In this document: in pieces, positions 1-10,996 of the stretch
Numbering within the stretch: position 1 is the stretch's first letter
Layout: every line of letters begins with the position of its first letter
Assembly (NCBI GenBank): GCA_012839205.1
Contig: DUNT01000050.1
Location: forward strand, 3,965-67,964
Length of the DNA: 64,000 bases
From: Clostridiaceae bacterium
GTDB lineage: Bacteria > Bacillota > Clostridia > DSM-8532
Direction: 5' to 3'
Made by a program: the position numbers and the translations under genes
The notes under the pieces: generated by a model
Databases searched by the model: none
Seen by the model: the letters and a program-made list of their open reading frames with translations, nothing else
Told to the model about the DNA's origin: nothing

Positions 1-1025
1 AAACCAAAAAGTTTAATAAGAATATGATTGATATGTTTACCCGGGAGATTAATCATAAAAATTATCCATGGAGACTTGAAGACATTCTTCCGGGGATTCT
101 GCTGGCAGGAGAACAAGCCGGGACACTGACATCTGAAGGAGCTAAACTTCTGGATACATCGGGCAATCTGAAAGCCGGGATTCCTTTCTGCCCGCCTGAA
201 GGAGATGCGGGGACCGGTATGGTGGCTACCAACAGTATTGCCGTCAGAACAGGAAATGTATCAGCAGGAACATCGGTTTTCGCAATGATAGTTCTGGAAA
301 AGGAGTTAACAAAAGCCTACTCTGAAATAGACCTGGTAACAACTCCGGATGGTAACCTGGTTGCTATGGTTCATTCAAACAATTGTACATCTGATTACGA
401 TGCGTGGATTGCTATCTTTGGAGAAGCATTCAAGGAAATGGGTATGGAGATTCCCAAACCGAAACTGTATGATACTCTGTTGGGAATGGCCTTAAAGGGA
501 GACTCCGACTGTGGCGGATTATTATCATACGGGTATATTTCGGGAGAGCATATAACCAATTTCGAGGAGGGCCGGCCATTGTTTGTTCGCTCCTCCAATT
601 CTAATTTTAACCTGGCCAACTTTATGCGGGTTCATTTATTCACAGCATTGGGGGCACTGAGAACAGGCCTGAATATTCTTTTTGAAAAAGAAGATGTAAA
701 AGTAGATGTTATCCGTGGTCATGGAGGCTTTTTCAAAACAAGAGATGTGGGTTTGAAGATTATGTCTGCAGCAACAACGGTACCTGTTTCTGTTTTAGAG
801 ACAGCCGGTGAAGGCGGTGCCTGGGGCATAGCTTTACTTGCTTCATATATGGCCGGAAAGAAAGAGGGAGAAACTCTGGCGGATTTCCTGAATACAATTT
901 TTGAAGGAAAATCAGGTGCTGTTGTTAACCCCGATCCTTCGGATGTAAAGGGATTCGATGAATTCATGAAGAGATACACCCAAGGTCTTAAGATTGAAAA
1001 GGCAGCGGTGGAGAATTTAAAATAA
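1..1025 (+). CDS. FGGY-family carbohydrate kinase (ribulokinase/xylulokinase-like), C-terminal ~340 aa; 5' end outside window
   Basis: The frame is open from nt 3 to the stop at 1025, with no stop upstream of the ATG at 24. Motifs [12 protein letters not shown] and GHGGFFKT...[15 protein letters not shown] resemble the C-terminal half of FGGY pentulose kinases (recalled, not searched). Confidence 0.65.
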   Translation, partial: TKKFNKNMIDMFTREINHKNYPWRLEDILPGILLAGEQAGTLTSEGAKLLDTSGNLKAGIPFCPPEGDAGTGMVATNSIAVRTGNVSAGTSVFAMIVLEKELTKAYSEIDLVTTPDGNLVAMVHSNNCTSDYDAWIAIFGEAFKEMGMEIPKPKLYDTLLGMALKGDSDCGGLLSYGYISGEHITNFEEGRPLFVRSSNSNFNLANFMRVHLFTALGALRTGLNILFEKEDVKVDVIRGHGGFFKTRDVGLKIMSAATTVPVSVLETAGEGGAWGIALLASYMAGKKEGETLADFLNTIFEGKSGAVVNPDPSDVKGFDEFMKRYTQGLKIEKAAVENLK

Positions 1026-1154
1026 GCTCTTATCTTTGCAATAACTTAATCTTCAAACATTTATAATTTAATAGTAGATAACACCCTCCTTGTTTCATAA
1101 TTTATCATTGTGGTAGATAAAATGATAATAGCAAAAATCGGGGGGGTGTTTTTT

Positions 1155-3557
1155 ATGGCGGTACCACCACTTGGGGCAAATCAGTTAAGAAGAAAATGTG
1201 ATGCCTCAGCTTTTGATTTTCAGGACACCTCTTATCTGACACCGTCAAGAGAGCTTATTGGGCAGCAAAGAGCGGCAGATGCTACAGAGTTTGGATTGAG
1301 CATCCAGTATGATGGATATAATTTGTATATGGCGGGGGAACCTGGAGTAGGCAAAACCCGATATGCGCTTGAAAGTGCCCAGCGACAGGCAAAATTTATG
1401 CCTGTCCCGGACGATTGGTGCTATGTATATAATTTTGAAGATTCTAACCGACCAAAGGCAATAAACCTTCCGGCTGGCATTGGCAAGGAATTTAAAAGGG
1501 ATATGGAGGATTTCGTAAAGATTATTGAGCAGGAAATCTCCAAAGCTTTTGATGGTGAAGAATATGAAGAAGAACGCTCAAGGATAATAAAAGTATTTCG
1601 TGACAAAAAAGATGAGCTTGTTTTGCAACTAAGCAACGAAGCCGCAGAACGCGGGTTCAGAGTTAAACTTGCCAATTCCGGTGTATATTTTATGCCAATT
1701 ATAGATGGTGAGCCCTTAAGCGAGGAAGACTTTAAAGCTCTGGATGAAGAGACAAAAATTGAGCTTTCAAAATCAACAGAAGCACTTCAAATAGAAACTG
1801 CCGAAACAATCAGAAAAATAAGAGAAGTAGAAATGGATGCTGAAAATGCCATACAGGAATGGGAACATCAGATTGCGCTTTATGCAGTAGGCATACATAT
1901 AGACGACCTTAAGAATAAATACAATGAATACCCTTTTGTAATAAGCTATTTAGACGCTGTCAAAGAGGACATACTCAAGAACATAGAATATCTTGCGGGA
2001 CCCCATTACCCGGACGAGCAGCAAAACGTATTGACACAACTCCTGATGATGAAAAAGGGCGGGGAAGATAACCCCTATTCACGGTACAAGGTAAATCTTC
2101 TTGTTGATAACAGTCGTCTTCGGGGAGCGCCTGTAATAGTCGATTACAACCCTACTTTCTATAATCTGATGGGCCGCTGTGAATACGAGAATGAACTAGG
2201 AACCATGATTACCGATTATACCTTAATAAAACCGGGACTTTTTCACCAGGCCAATGGCGGGTTTTTGATACTCCAGGTTAATGATGTCATTTCTAATCCA
2301 CAGTCATTTGAAGCTATTAAGCGAACCTTAAAGACAAGACAAATAATTATTGAGAACATAAAAGAACAAATGGGTCTTGTGGCAGTGTCAGCTTTAAAAC
2401 CCGAACCCATACCTATTAATGTAAAGATTATCCTTGTGGGAAGCACCGAAATATATCATTTACTTTATAATTATGACAGGGATTTTAAGAAATATTTTAA
2501 AATTAAAGCAGATTTTGATGATCATATGGATTGGAACCATGGAAATGTACAGCGTTTAGCCCAATTTATAGGGGCATTCTGCAGAAAAGAGGGTGTTAAG
2601 CATTTTGACAGAACAGGAGTTGCTGAGGTTGTTAATTACAGCTCATGGATTGTACAGGACCAGAATAAGCTTACCACACGTTTTTCTGAAATAGTAAACA
2701 TTCTGGGCGAAGCAGGAACATGGGCCAATATCGAGGGTAGCCCCATTGTTTCTGGAAGTCATGTAAAGAAGGCTATTACAGAAAAGAAGAAACGTTCCAG
2801 CAAATACTATGAGGAGTTGCTGGAGCTTATTCGTGAAGGGACTCTGCTGATTGATACCGACGGCTATGCAATAGGACAAATTAACGGTCTGGCGGTTGTT
2901 GATTTAGGAGATTATATATTTGGGAAACCCAGCCGTATCACTGCTGCCACTTATATGGGGAAAACCGGAATTCTGGACATAGAGCGGGAGGTTGAGACCG
3001 GCGGAACCACCCACTCCAAAGGAGTATTGATTCTAAGCGGATACATAGGAAAGAAGTATGCTCAGGAGATACCGCTGTCTCTGGCGGCAAGCATATGCTT
3101 TGAACAGCTTTATAGTGGAATAGAAGGAGACAGCGCATCATCTGCCGAACTGTTTGCCATTCTTTCAAGCCTGTCGGATTTACCGGTATACCAGGGTATT
3201 GCTGTGACCGGATCAGTGAATCAGATGGGTGATATTCAGCCTATTGGTGGTGCTACTTTTAAAATAGAAGGGTTTTTTGAAATATGCAAAATTAATGGAC
3301 TTACCGGGAAGCAAGGTGTTATAATACCTTACCAGAATGCAAAGAACCTGGTACTGTCAGACGAGGTAGTGGAAGCAGTAGAAAAAGGACTCTTTAACAT
3401 ATACCCCATCAAAACAGTGGATGAAGGCATGGAGATACTTACCGGGGTCCCTGCCGGCAACAGGCTGCCGGATGGAACATACCCTGCGGGTACGGTAAAT
3501 GACAAGGTATATAAAAAACTGCATTACTTTGCCGAAACTACGGCAAAATACTTGTGA
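1155..3557 (+). CDS. Lon-like ATP-dependent protease (AAA+ with helical insertion plus Lon S16 proteolytic domain)
   Basis: Walker A GEPGVGKT. The C-terminal Lon protease-like domain carries GIEGDSASSAE (Ser nucleophile context) and GGATFKIEG (Lys). The ATG at 1155 follows a G-rich RBS; the track start at 1110 is probably too long. Confidence 0.8.
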   Translation: MAVPPLGANQLRRKCDASAFDFQDTSYLTPSRELIGQQRAADATEFGLSIQYDGYNLYMAGEPGVGKTRYALESAQRQAKFMPVPDDWCYVYNFEDSNRPKAINLPAGIGKEFKRDMEDFVKIIEQEISKAFDGEEYEEERSRIIKVFRDKKDELVLQLSNEAAERGFRVKLANSGVYFMPIIDGEPLSEEDFKALDEETKIELSKSTEALQIETAETIRKIREVEMDAENAIQEWEHQIALYAVGIHIDDLKNKYNEYPFVISYLDAVKEDILKNIEYLAGPHYPDEQQNVLTQLLMMKKGGEDNPYSRYKVNLLVDNSRLRGAPVIVDYNPTFYNLMGRCEYENELGTMITDYTLIKPGLFHQANGGFLILQVNDVISNPQSFEAIKRTLKTRQIIIENIKEQMGLVAVSALKPEPIPINVKIILVGSTEIYHLLYNYDRDFKKYFKIKADFDDHMDWNHGNVQRLAQFIGAFCRKEGVKHFDRTGVAEVVNYSSWIVQDQNKLTTRFSEIVNILGEAGTWANIEGSPIVSGSHVKKAITEKKKRSSKYYEELLELIREGTLLIDTDGYAIGQINGLAVVDLGDYIFGKPSRITAATYMGKTGILDIEREVETGGTTHSKGVLILSGYIGKKYAQEIPLSLAASICFEQLYSGIEGDSASSAELFAILSSLSDLPVYQGIAVTGSVNQMGDIQPIGGATFKIEGFFEICKINGLTGKQGVIIPYQNAKNLVLSDEVVEAVEKGLFNIYPIKTVDEGMEILTGVPAGNRLPDGTYPAGTVNDKVYKKLHYFAETTAKYL

Positions 3558-3565
3558 GGTATTAA

Positions 3566-4504
3566 ATGAGAGAGACACTTGAAGTTTTATCCAAGGTTCT
3601 ACCTGTAATAATCCTTATTATTTTTGGCGGATTTCTTAGAAAGACCCGATTTATTGAACAAAATACTGTAAGTGAATTAAAAAAAATCGCAGTAAATATT
3701 ACTTTACCGGCAACTCTGTTTTTGACCTTTGCAAAGACCAACTTTGAGAGCCGATATATGATGGTTTTTGTACTGGTTTTTTTGGTATGTGTTATTATGC
3801 TTCTGCTGGGGAAAGCAATTAGAAGACTTCTTAAACAGCCTAATAAGTATTATCCTGCAATATTTAGCGGTTTTGAGACCGGGATGATGGGATATTCATT
3901 ATTTGCAGTAGTATATGGCTCTGCAAATATCTATAAGCTTGCCCTAATAGATTTAGGACAAGTGGTATTCGTGTTTTTTGTTCTTGTAAGCTATCTGCAA
4001 AAACTGAATGGTAAATCGGCAAATGCTAAGGAATTAACTATTTCATTTATTAAATCGCCGGTAATTCTATCAATTGCTTTAGGCATTACATTAAGTTTAA
4101 TGGGTGATGTCAGCTCAGTTTCCTCTCCAGTTGTTAATTCTGTATTTGAGACTCTCAGATTACTCTCGGAAATGACGATGCCTATTATATGCATTGCAAT
4201 AGGGTATGAGTTGAAAATTAATCCAAAAGGAATTGGCGGGCCTCTGTTGGCTACCGTTTCAAGGATGGTACTGCTTCTGGGGATGGCATATGCTATAAAT
4301 GAAATTGTTATAGATAGATTACTTAATTTAGACAATATTTTTAAAATAGCCTTATATACAATGTTTTTACTGCCTCCTCCGTTTGTTATACCTATTTATA
4401 TGCATGAAGGGGAAATAGAGAGCAAGCAATTTATATTAAATGCGATTTCAATAAATATAGTACTTTCATTAATAGCTTTTACAATAATGATAACTATAAC
4501 ATGA
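3566..4504 (+). CDS. AEC (auxin efflux carrier) family permease
   Basis: 312-aa polytopic membrane protein with two hydrophobic halves separated by a polar loop. The N-terminus (LPVIILIIFGGFLRK) is typical of AEC transporters. Confidence 0.65.
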   Translation: MRETLEVLSKVLPVIILIIFGGFLRKTRFIEQNTVSELKKIAVNITLPATLFLTFAKTNFESRYMMVFVLVFLVCVIMLLLGKAIRRLLKQPNKYYPAIFSGFETGMMGYSLFAVVYGSANIYKLALIDLGQVVFVFFVLVSYLQKLNGKSANAKELTISFIKSPVILSIALGITLSLMGDVSSVSSPVVNSVFETLRLLSEMTMPIICIAIGYELKINPKGIGGPLLATVSRMVLLLGMAYAINEIVIDRLLNLDNIFKIALYTMFLLPPPFVIPIYMHEGEIESKQFILNAISINIVLSLIAFTIMITIT

Positions 4505-4562
4505 GGTTTATTGTGTCAAGGAGACGGTTCTTTTGACAACCAAAAAAGTTTAAAAAAAGTTC

Positions 4563-4591
4563 TTGCATTCATTTACGGGTTGATATATAAT
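4563..4591 (+). promoter_or_regulatory. Sigma-A type promoter of the S10 cluster (TTGCAT-17 nt-TATAAT)
   Basis: -35 TTGCAT at 4563-4568, exact 17-nt spacer, consensus -10 TATAAT at 4586-4591. About 260 nt upstream of rpsJ. Confidence 0.55.
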
Positions 4592-4853
4592 ATCTCTTGC
4601 TGTGACATGGCATACGATGAAACCACAGATGGCAGGTGAAACAAACTGGGAACTGTGGTGGAGAATGTCCGATTCAAAGAAACCGGGCGACAAGTCATTG
4701 TACATCATACATGCAGATGTTTTGGCGTGTTTGTATCGTAGCCCAGGTGTGTAACCTACGGGCTTTTTATATGGCAATACATGAAACACCCGGCAGTGTG
4801 GTACATTAAAAACTTGTTGCGCCAGCAAAATTATAACTCAAGGAGGATTATGT

Positions 4854-5165
4854 ATGGCGAACAAACAAAAGATCAGAATAAGACTAAAAGCTTTTGATCA
4901 TCAGATTATTGATCAATCAGCAGAAAAAATTGTTGAGACAGCAAAGAGAACAGGTGCCAAAGTTTCCGGGCCGGTTCCACTGCCTACAAGGAAGGAAATC
5001 ATAACAATTTTGAGAGCCCCTCATAAGTATAAGGATTCCCGTGAGCAGTTCGAAATGAAGACTCATAAAAGACTTATTGATATTCTTATGCCCACACCAA
5101 AAACTGTGGATGCACTTATGAGGCTGGATTTGCCAGCCGGCGTGGACATAGAGATTAAGTTATAA
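4854..5165 (+). CDS. rpsJ: 30S ribosomal protein S10 (uS10)
   Basis: 103 aa beginning [16 protein letters not shown]..., preceded by an AAGGAGG RBS. First gene of the canonical S10 gene order. Confidence 0.97.
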   Translation: MANKQKIRIRLKAFDHQIIDQSAEKIVETAKRTGAKVSGPVPLPTRKEIITILRAPHKYKDSREQFEMKTHKRLIDILMPTPKTVDALMRLDLPAGVDIEIKL

Positions 5166-5223
5166 GAGAAAAGGAATGTTAAGTTCGGATAAGCCGAACC
5201 AATGACAGGAGGTAATGTAAGAT

Positions 5224-5859
5224 ATGAAGAAATGCATGATTGGAAGAAAGATAGGTATGACACAAGTCTTTGCCGAAGATGGAATAATGATTCCTGTAAC
5301 TGTTGTACTTGCAGGGCCCATGTCTGTTATACAGAAAAAAACTGTAGAAATAGACGGCTATAACGCAGTGAAATTCGGTTTTGAAGACATCCCTGACAGA
5401 AAGGCCAATAAACCTATGAAGGGCCAGTTTGAAAAAGCTGGTGTTTCTCCCAAGAGAGTAATGAGAGAATTTAAGTTGGATGATATCTCCGCATACGAAG
5501 TTGGAAAAGTTGTCAAAGTGGAAGACATGTTTGAAGCCGGAGAAAGAGTTGATATTTCTGGTATTTCGAAAGGGAAAGGCTTCCAAGGTACCGTTAAAAG
5601 ATACCGCACCGCTCGCGGTCGTATGACACACGGTTCCGGATATCACAGGGGTATTGGTGCGTTAGCAGGTAGCGCCAGCCCAGGCCGTATTTTAAAAGGC
5701 AGGAAGATGCCTGGTCACATGGGCGCTGAAAAGGTAACTGTTCAGAATCTCACTGTAGTTAAAGTTGACGCCGAGAGAGGCCTGCTCCTTGTAAAAGGTG
5801 CGGTTCCCGGAGCAAAAGGCGGCCTCCTTGTGATTAAAGATTCGGTTAAGGCGAAATAG
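5224..5859 (+). CDS. rplC: 50S ribosomal protein L3 (uL3)
   Basis: 211 aa with [10 protein letters not shown] and [10 protein letters not shown] motifs. Position after rpsJ. Confidence 0.96.
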   Translation: MKKCMIGRKIGMTQVFAEDGIMIPVTVVLAGPMSVIQKKTVEIDGYNAVKFGFEDIPDRKANKPMKGQFEKAGVSPKRVMREFKLDDISAYEVGKVVKVEDMFEAGERVDISGISKGKGFQGTVKRYRTARGRMTHGSGYHRGIGALAGSASPGRILKGRKMPGHMGAEKVTVQNLTVVKVDAERGLLLVKGAVPGAKGGLLVIKDSVKAK

Positions 5860-5888
5860 AAGAACTGATTCGGAAGGAGGAGAACAAA

Positions 5889-6512
5889 ATGCCAAAAGTA
5901 GATGTTTACAATATAAGCGGCCAGAAGGTCGGCGATATGGATTTGAATGATAGTATTTTTGGGGTAGAAGTAAACCAAGTTGCCATGCACAGTGCTGTGG
6001 TTAACTATCTTGCTAATGCAAGACAGGGAACACAATCTACCAAAACCAAAGCAGAGGTTCGTGGCGGCGGGAGAAAGCCGTGGAGACAAAAAGGCACAGG
6101 CCGTGCCCGTCAAGGCAGTATCCGTTCCCCACAATGGGTAGGCGGCGGTGTTGCTTTGGGTCCAAAACCCAGAAGCTACAAATACACACTACCTAAAAAA
6201 GTCAGGAGACTTGCCCTTAAAAGTGCTCTTACCAGCAAAGTTATCGAAAACAATATCATCGTATTGGATAATCTTAAACTGGAAGCTATCAAAACCAAAG
6301 AAATGGTTAATATTTTGAATAATCTCAAGGTTGATTCCTCAGCTTTAATAGTACTTCCTGAGGTTGACAAGAATGTAGTATTATCAGCAAGGAATATTGA
6401 GAGAGTAAAGACAACAACAACAAACAGCATTAACACCTACGATATTTTAAAGTTTAACAAGTTTATCGTAACAAAAGATGCTGTATCCAGGATTGAGGAG
6501 GTGTACGCATAA
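5889..6512 (+). CDS. rplD: 50S ribosomal protein L4 (uL4)
   Basis: 207 aa with the [20 protein letters not shown] motif. Canonical order. Confidence 0.96.
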   Translation: MPKVDVYNISGQKVGDMDLNDSIFGVEVNQVAMHSAVVNYLANARQGTQSTKTKAEVRGGGRKPWRQKGTGRARQGSIRSPQWVGGGVALGPKPRSYKYTLPKKVRRLALKSALTSKVIENNIIVLDNLKLEAIKTKEMVNILNNLKVDSSALIVLPEVDKNVVLSARNIERVKTTTTNSINTYDILKFNKFIVTKDAVSRIEEVYA

Positions 6513-6865
6513 TGAAATTTTCAGAGGATATCATTATTCGTCCGTACATTACTGAGAAAACGAATGCTGATATTGCAGAAGGCAAGTACACTTTCATAGT
6601 TGACAAAAAGGCTACCAAAACACAGATAAAGCAGGCTGTTGAAAATCTTTTCGGTGTTAAGGTTTTGTCTGTCAATACCGTTATTTATGAAGGTAAGGAA
6701 AAACGCCAGGGAGTTCATGTCGGTAAGACCGCATCTTTCAAAAAAGCTGTGGTTAAAATCGATACTGATCCTAAACCTGTTTCATATGCAACGAAGGGCG
6801 GAAAAGTCGTTACAACTTCTAAGAAGTATAAGACTTCAATTGAAGAATTCGGAGTAGCCCAATAG
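6512..6865 (+). CDS. rplW: 50S ribosomal protein L23 (uL23)
   Basis: 117 aa beginning [10 protein letters not shown], with [17 protein letters not shown]. The start overlaps the rplD stop. The C-terminus is about 20 aa longer than typical. Confidence 0.93.
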   Translation: MKFSEDIIIRPYITEKTNADIAEGKYTFIVDKKATKTQIKQAVENLFGVKVLSVNTVIYEGKEKRQGVHVGKTASFKKAVVKIDTDPKPVSYATKGGKVVTTSKKYKTSIEEFGVAQ

Positions 6866-6961
6866 CTCAGATTAATTAACTAATAACCGATATATCGGAA
6901 ATATAGGCCTCACAGTCAGCCTGAGAACGATATACCGGCAGATATCAAAGGAGTGGAAGAA

Positions 6962-7795
6962 ATGGCAACAAAAAAGTATAATCCGACATCTCCTGCAAGA
7001 AGATTCATGACTGTATCTACATTTGAGGAGATTACTAAGAAGGCACCGGAGAAGAGCCTTCTGGCTCCGCTGAATAAAAGAAGCGGAAGAAACTCCTACG
7101 GAAGGATCACCGTTCGTCATCGTGGCGGCGGATCAAAACCGAAGTACAGAATTATCGACTTTAAGCGGGATAAGGATGGAATTCCTGCAAAGGTTTCCGC
7201 AATTGAGTATGATCCCAACAGATCAGCTCGTATAGCTCTTCTCGTTTATGCAGACGGCGAAAAGCGATATATTCTGGCACCAAATGGTCTTAAAGTAGGC
7301 GATACTGTTTATTCAGGGGAAAAAGCAGATATTAAGGTTGGTAATGCACTCCCACTGGAATTTATTCCTCTGGGCACCGTTATCCATAATATTGAATTGA
7401 AACCCGGCAAAGGCGGTCAGCTGGTAAGATCGGCCGGAAACGAAGCCCAATTGATGGCTAAAGAGGGTTCATATGCTCAGGTTAGACTTCCATCAAGTGA
7501 AGTCAGAAAAGTAGATATTCGCTGCAAGGCTACAATCGGCCAAGTCAGCAACATTGAGCATGAAAACATTACAATCGGCAAAGCCGGTAGAAAACGCTGG
7601 ATGGGAATAAGACCATCCGTTCGTGGTGTTGTTATGAATCCTAATGACCATCCTCACGGCGGTGGTGAAGGTAAATCTCCTATCGGTATGCCAAGCCCTC
7701 TTACCCCCTGGGGTAAACCCACACTTGGTTACAAGACCCGCAAGAAGAACAAACCAAGCGATAGCCTTATCGTGAAGAAACGTAAGGAAAAGTAA
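6962..7795 (+). CDS. rplB: 50S ribosomal protein L2 (uL2)
   Basis: Begins [14 protein letters not shown] and has the HPHGGGEGK motif. The ATG at 6962 behind a GGAG RBS is preferred to the GTG at 6953. Confidence 0.96.
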   Translation: MATKKYNPTSPARRFMTVSTFEEITKKAPEKSLLAPLNKRSGRNSYGRITVRHRGGGSKPKYRIIDFKRDKDGIPAKVSAIEYDPNRSARIALLVYADGEKRYILAPNGLKVGDTVYSGEKADIKVGNALPLEFIPLGTVIHNIELKPGKGGQLVRSAGNEAQLMAKEGSYAQVRLPSSEVRKVDIRCKATIGQVSNIEHENITIGKAGRKRWMGIRPSVRGVVMNPNDHPHGGGEGKSPIGMPSPLTPWGKPTLGYKTRKKNKPSDSLIVKKRKEK

Positions 7796-7817
7796 GATGG
7801 AAGAAGGAGGTTGAACC

Positions 7818-8102
7818 ATGAGTAGATCGCTTAAAAAGGGACCCTATGTTGATAAAAAACTCTTGAAAAGAATTGAAGAAATGAACGAAAAGAACGAGAA
7901 AAAGGTTTTAAAGACTTGGTCTCGTGCCTCCACCATCTTCCCGCAGATGGTTGGGCATACCATTGCTGTTCATGATGGACGTAAGCATGTTCCAGTATTT
8001 ATAACTGAAGATATGGTTGGTCACAAACTGGGTGAGTTTTCTCCCACCCGTTTATACAGAGGACACAGCAAGGGAGAAAAAACTAGCAGACTCAAGAATT
8101 AA
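7818..8102 (+). CDS. rpsS: 30S ribosomal protein S19 (uS19)
   Basis: 94 aa, [12 protein letters not shown]...GHKLGEF. Confidence 0.97.
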   Translation: MSRSLKKGPYVDKKLLKRIEEMNEKNEKKVLKTWSRASTIFPQMVGHTIAVHDGRKHVPVFITEDMVGHKLGEFSPTRLYRGHSKGEKTSRLKN

Positions 8103-8131
8103 AAAGCTCTTAACCGGAAGGAGGAATTGAC

Positions 8132-8611
8132 TTGGGCAAGAAAGTAATGTCAAAAGATGAGCTTCTTGAAAAGAAGGAGGAGCTCCTTGAACAATATGGA
8201 AAGACCCGCAGGAAAGCAGACAAACTTCCGATTCTCACGAAAAAAGAGCGCAAGGTTCTGGGAATCGGTAAGGACGAAGGAAGAGCAGTAGTCAGGTATG
8301 CAAGGGTCTCATCCAGAAAAGCTAAACTGGTTATTGATTTAATTCGTAATAAAGACATTGATGAGGCTTATGGTATATTAAAATATATGCCGAGAAATGC
8401 ATCAGAGATTCTTTATAAACTGCTGAAATCAGCAGAAGCAAACGCGGTTAATAACAATCAGCTCAACAGAGACAACCTCTTTGTATCTGAGGTATATGCT
8501 GAAGAGGGACCAACCCTTAAGAGAATTATGCCAAGAGCACAAGGCAGGGCGTTCCGCATAAGAAAGAGAACCAGCCATATAACACTGGTACTCAAGGAAA
8601 GGGCTAAATAG
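8132..8611 (+). CDS. rplV: 50S ribosomal protein L22 (uL22) with a ~45-aa Lys/Glu-rich N-terminal extension
   Basis: The core [23 protein letters not shown]...[13 protein letters not shown] matches uL22. A TTG at 8132 lies 8 nt after GGAGG; an alternative ATG is at 8147. Confidence 0.9.
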   Translation: MGKKVMSKDELLEKKEELLEQYGKTRRKADKLPILTKKERKVLGIGKDEGRAVVRYARVSSRKAKLVIDLIRNKDIDEAYGILKYMPRNASEILYKLLKSAEANAVNNNQLNRDNLFVSEVYAEEGPTLKRIMPRAQGRAFRIRKRTSHITLVLKERAK

Positions 8612-8622
8612 GAGGTTGGAAA

Positions 8623-9288
8623 ATGGGCCAAAAAGTAAATCCGCATGGACTGAGAATAGGAATTATTAAGGACTGGGATACAAAATGGTATGCCAATGCC
8701 AAGGATTTTAGCAATTTCCTGGTGGAGGATGTAAAGATACGAAAATTTATTAAGAATAAGCTTTACATCGCAGGAATTGCAAGAATTGAAATTGAACGTG
8801 CAGCAAACAAGATTAAGATAAATATTCATACCGGAAAGCCGGGTATTGTTATCGGAAAGCAGGGATCAGGAATAGAAGCTCTCCGTAAAGACCTTGAGAA
8901 AATGACCGGTAAGAGTATACTTCTTAATATCACAGAAATCAAAAATTCTGATTTGGTTGCTCAATTAGTTGCAGAGAATATTGCAGCTCAGCTGGAGAAA
9001 CGTGTTTCTTTCCGTCGTGCTATGAAACAGACTATGTCAAGAACTATGAAGGCTGGTGCCAGGGGTATTAAGACTCAGGTATCAGGCAGACTTGGCGGAG
9101 CAGAAATAGCAAGGACAGAACACTATGCAGAAGGTACGATCCCTCTTCAGACATTACGCGCCGATATTGACTATGGTTTTGCCGAAGCAAACACCACATA
9201 TGGCAAGATAGGTGTTAAAGTCTGGATTTATAAGGGTGAAGTTCTTCCCGCCAAAAAGAAGGAGAATAAGGAAGGGGGAGACAAATAA
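8623..9288 (+). CDS. rpsC: 30S ribosomal protein S3 (uS3)
   Basis: 221 aa, [14 protein letters not shown]..., with a KH-domain pattern. Confidence 0.97.
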   Translation: MGQKVNPHGLRIGIIKDWDTKWYANAKDFSNFLVEDVKIRKFIKNKLYIAGIARIEIERAANKIKINIHTGKPGIVIGKQGSGIEALRKDLEKMTGKSILLNITEIKNSDLVAQLVAENIAAQLEKRVSFRRAMKQTMSRTMKAGARGIKTQVSGRLGGAEIARTEHYAEGTIPLQTLRADIDYGFAEANTTYGKIGVKVWIYKGEVLPAKKKENKEGGDK

Positions 9289-9725
9289 TGTTAATGCCGA
9301 AGAGAGTTAAATATAGAAGAGTTCACAGAGGTCGTATGACCGGTAAAGCAATGCGTGGTAACGTTGTATCAGATGGTGAATTCGGTTTACAGGCCGTTGA
9401 TCCGGCATGGATTACCAGCAATCAGATCGAGGCAGCCCGTATTGCCATGACTCGTTTTATAAGAAGAGGCGGAAATGTTTGGATAAAGATTTTTCCTGAT
9501 AAACCAGTAACAAAGAAGCCTGCTGAAACTCGTATGGGTTCCGGTAAGGGTTCTCCTGAGTACTGGGTAGCAGTAGTCAAGCCCGGACGTGTTCTCTTCG
9601 AGATTGCGGGAGTATCCGAGGAACAAGCAAGAGAAGCATTGAGGCTTGCGTCCCACAAATTGCCCGTAAAGTGTAGAATAATTGCACGTGGGGAAGAGGT
9701 AGGTGTAGAGAATGAAGGCGTCTGA
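9288..9725 (+). CDS. rplP: 50S ribosomal protein L16 (uL16)
   Basis: 145 aa, [17 protein letters not shown]... The start overlaps the rpsC stop. Confidence 0.97.
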   Translation: MLMPKRVKYRRVHRGRMTGKAMRGNVVSDGEFGLQAVDPAWITSNQIEAARIAMTRFIRRGGNVWIKIFPDKPVTKKPAETRMGSGKGSPEYWVAVVKPGRVLFEIAGVSEEQAREALRLASHKLPVKCRIIARGEEVGVENEGV

Positions 9726-9924
9726 ACTGAAAGAACTTAGGGAAAAGACACGCGAGGAGCTTGACCAGGAGCTCAATGAACTGAAAGCCGAGTTGTTTAA
9801 GCTTAGATTCCAGCATGCTACAAGCCAGCTTGAGAATCCAATGAAGCTTAAAGAATGCAAGAAGAATATAGCAAGAGTTAAAACTATAATTCGTGAAATA
9901 GAACTTGGAATTAAGAGAAATTAA
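9712..9924 (+). CDS. rpmC: 50S ribosomal protein L29 (uL29)
   Basis: 70 aa, ELKELREKT...ELFKLRFQ. Overlaps the rplP 3' end. Confidence 0.95.
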   Translation: MKASELKELREKTREELDQELNELKAELFKLRFQHATSQLENPMKLKECKKNIARVKTIIREIELGIKRN

Positions 9925-9964
9925 AAGGCGTGAGCCGATTTACCCGGAAGGAGGTTTGTTCCGC

Positions 9965-10222
9965 GTGGCTGACAGAGGTAATAGAAAAACCAGAGTTGGT
10001 AAGGTTGTAAGCGATAAAATGAATAAAACCATTGTAGTGGCTGTAGAAGATAGTGTTAAGCATCCTTTGGTAAAAAAGATTATTAAAAGGACTTATAAAC
10101 TCAAAGCCCATGATGAGAATAATGAATGCAGAATTGGCGATCGTGTGCTGGTCATGGAAACCAGACCTATTAGCAGGGATAAAAGATGGAGACTGGTCAA
10201 GATCGTTGATAAGGCAAAGTAA
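9965..10222 (+). CDS. rpsQ: 30S ribosomal protein S17 (uS17)
   Basis: The GTG at 9965 is preceded by GGAAGGAGG (9946-9954) and gives [22 protein letters not shown]..., the usual uS17 N-terminus. The track ORF start at 9905 overlaps rpmC and is too long. Confidence 0.93.
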   Translation: MADRGNRKTRVGKVVSDKMNKTIVVAVEDSVKHPLVKKIIKRTYKLKAHDENNECRIGDRVLVMETRPISRDKRWRLVKIVDKAK

Positions 10223-10236
10223 GGAGGCGTTGGGAT

Positions 10237-10605
10237 ATGATTCAGGCAGAAAGCCGTATAAAATCTGCTGATAACACTGGCGCCAAGGAGTTATATTGCA
10301 TTAAAGTCCTAGGTGGCAGTAAAAGAAAATATGCAAATATCGGCGATGTAATTGTTTGTTCGGTTAAAAATGCAACACCCGGCGGTGTTGTTAAAAAGGG
10401 CGAAGTTGTCAAAGCCGTAATAGTGCGTAGTGTTAAAGGGTTAAAAAGAGCTGATGGCTCTACTATTCGTTTCGATGAGAACGCAGCAGTTATTCTGAAA
10501 GACGACGGAAACCCGAGAGGAACCCGTATATTTGGTCCGGTAGCAAGAGAATTGAGAGATAAAAACTATATGAAGATAATCTCTTTGGCTCCGGAAGTAC
10601 TGTAA
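10237..10605 (+). CDS. rplN: 50S ribosomal protein L14 (uL14)
   Basis: 122 aa, [18 protein letters not shown]... Confidence 0.97.
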   Translation: MIQAESRIKSADNTGAKELYCIKVLGGSKRKYANIGDVIVCSVKNATPGGVVKKGEVVKAVIVRSVKGLKRADGSTIRFDENAAVILKDDGNPRGTRIFGPVARELRDKNYMKIISLAPEVL

Positions 10606-10625
10606 GGAAGGAGGCTTGACAAAAA

Positions 10626-10973
10626 ATGGCCAAAGTACACGTCAAAAAAGGTGATATGGTTTACATCTTAAATGGCAAGGATGGCGGAAAGAAAGGAAAA
10701 GTACTTTCAGTTATTCCGTCAGACGGCAAGGTTGTCGTAGAGGGCATTAATATTGTTTCAAAGCATGTTAAGCCAAATCCTAACAAGGGTTTAAATGAAG
10801 GTGGAATTATCCAACAGGAATCACCTATATATGTTGATAAGGTAATGTTAATCTGCAAACACTGCGGAAAGCCCACCAAGGTTGGCAAAAAGGTTATGGA
10901 TAATGGCTCCAAAGCCAGAGTTTGTAAGAAGTGTGATGCAGTAATAGACATTATCGGAGAAGGAAAGGAGTAA
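10626..10973 (+). CDS. rplX: 50S ribosomal protein L24 (uL24), Cys4-containing form
   Basis: 115 aa with a KOW motif ([21 protein letters not shown]). The C-terminal part carries CKHC...CKKC. Confidence 0.95.
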   Translation: MAKVHVKKGDMVYILNGKDGGKKGKVLSVIPSDGKVVVEGINIVSKHVKPNPNKGLNEGGIIQQESPIYVDKVMLICKHCGKPTKVGKKVMDNGSKARVCKKCDAVIDIIGEGKE

Positions 10974-10996
10974 ATCCTTAAGGAGGTTGACGAGAC

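Noticed and set aside
1155-3557. Lon-like protease as a BrxL-type defence component
   Set aside because: No BREX, PGL or other defence genes flank it; its neighbours are a sugar kinase and a transporter. It is more consistent with a housekeeping LonB/LonC-like protease.
4550-4828. 92-aa minus-strand ORF upstream of rpsJ
   Set aside because: It lies entirely within the rpsJ leader, antisense to a strong promoter. It has no RBS and no recognisable motif, so it is most likely a chance ORF.
9905-9964. Upstream extension of rpsQ
   Set aside because: It overlaps the rpmC 3' end. The GTG at 9965 with a GGAAGGAGG RBS gives the normal uS17 N-terminus.
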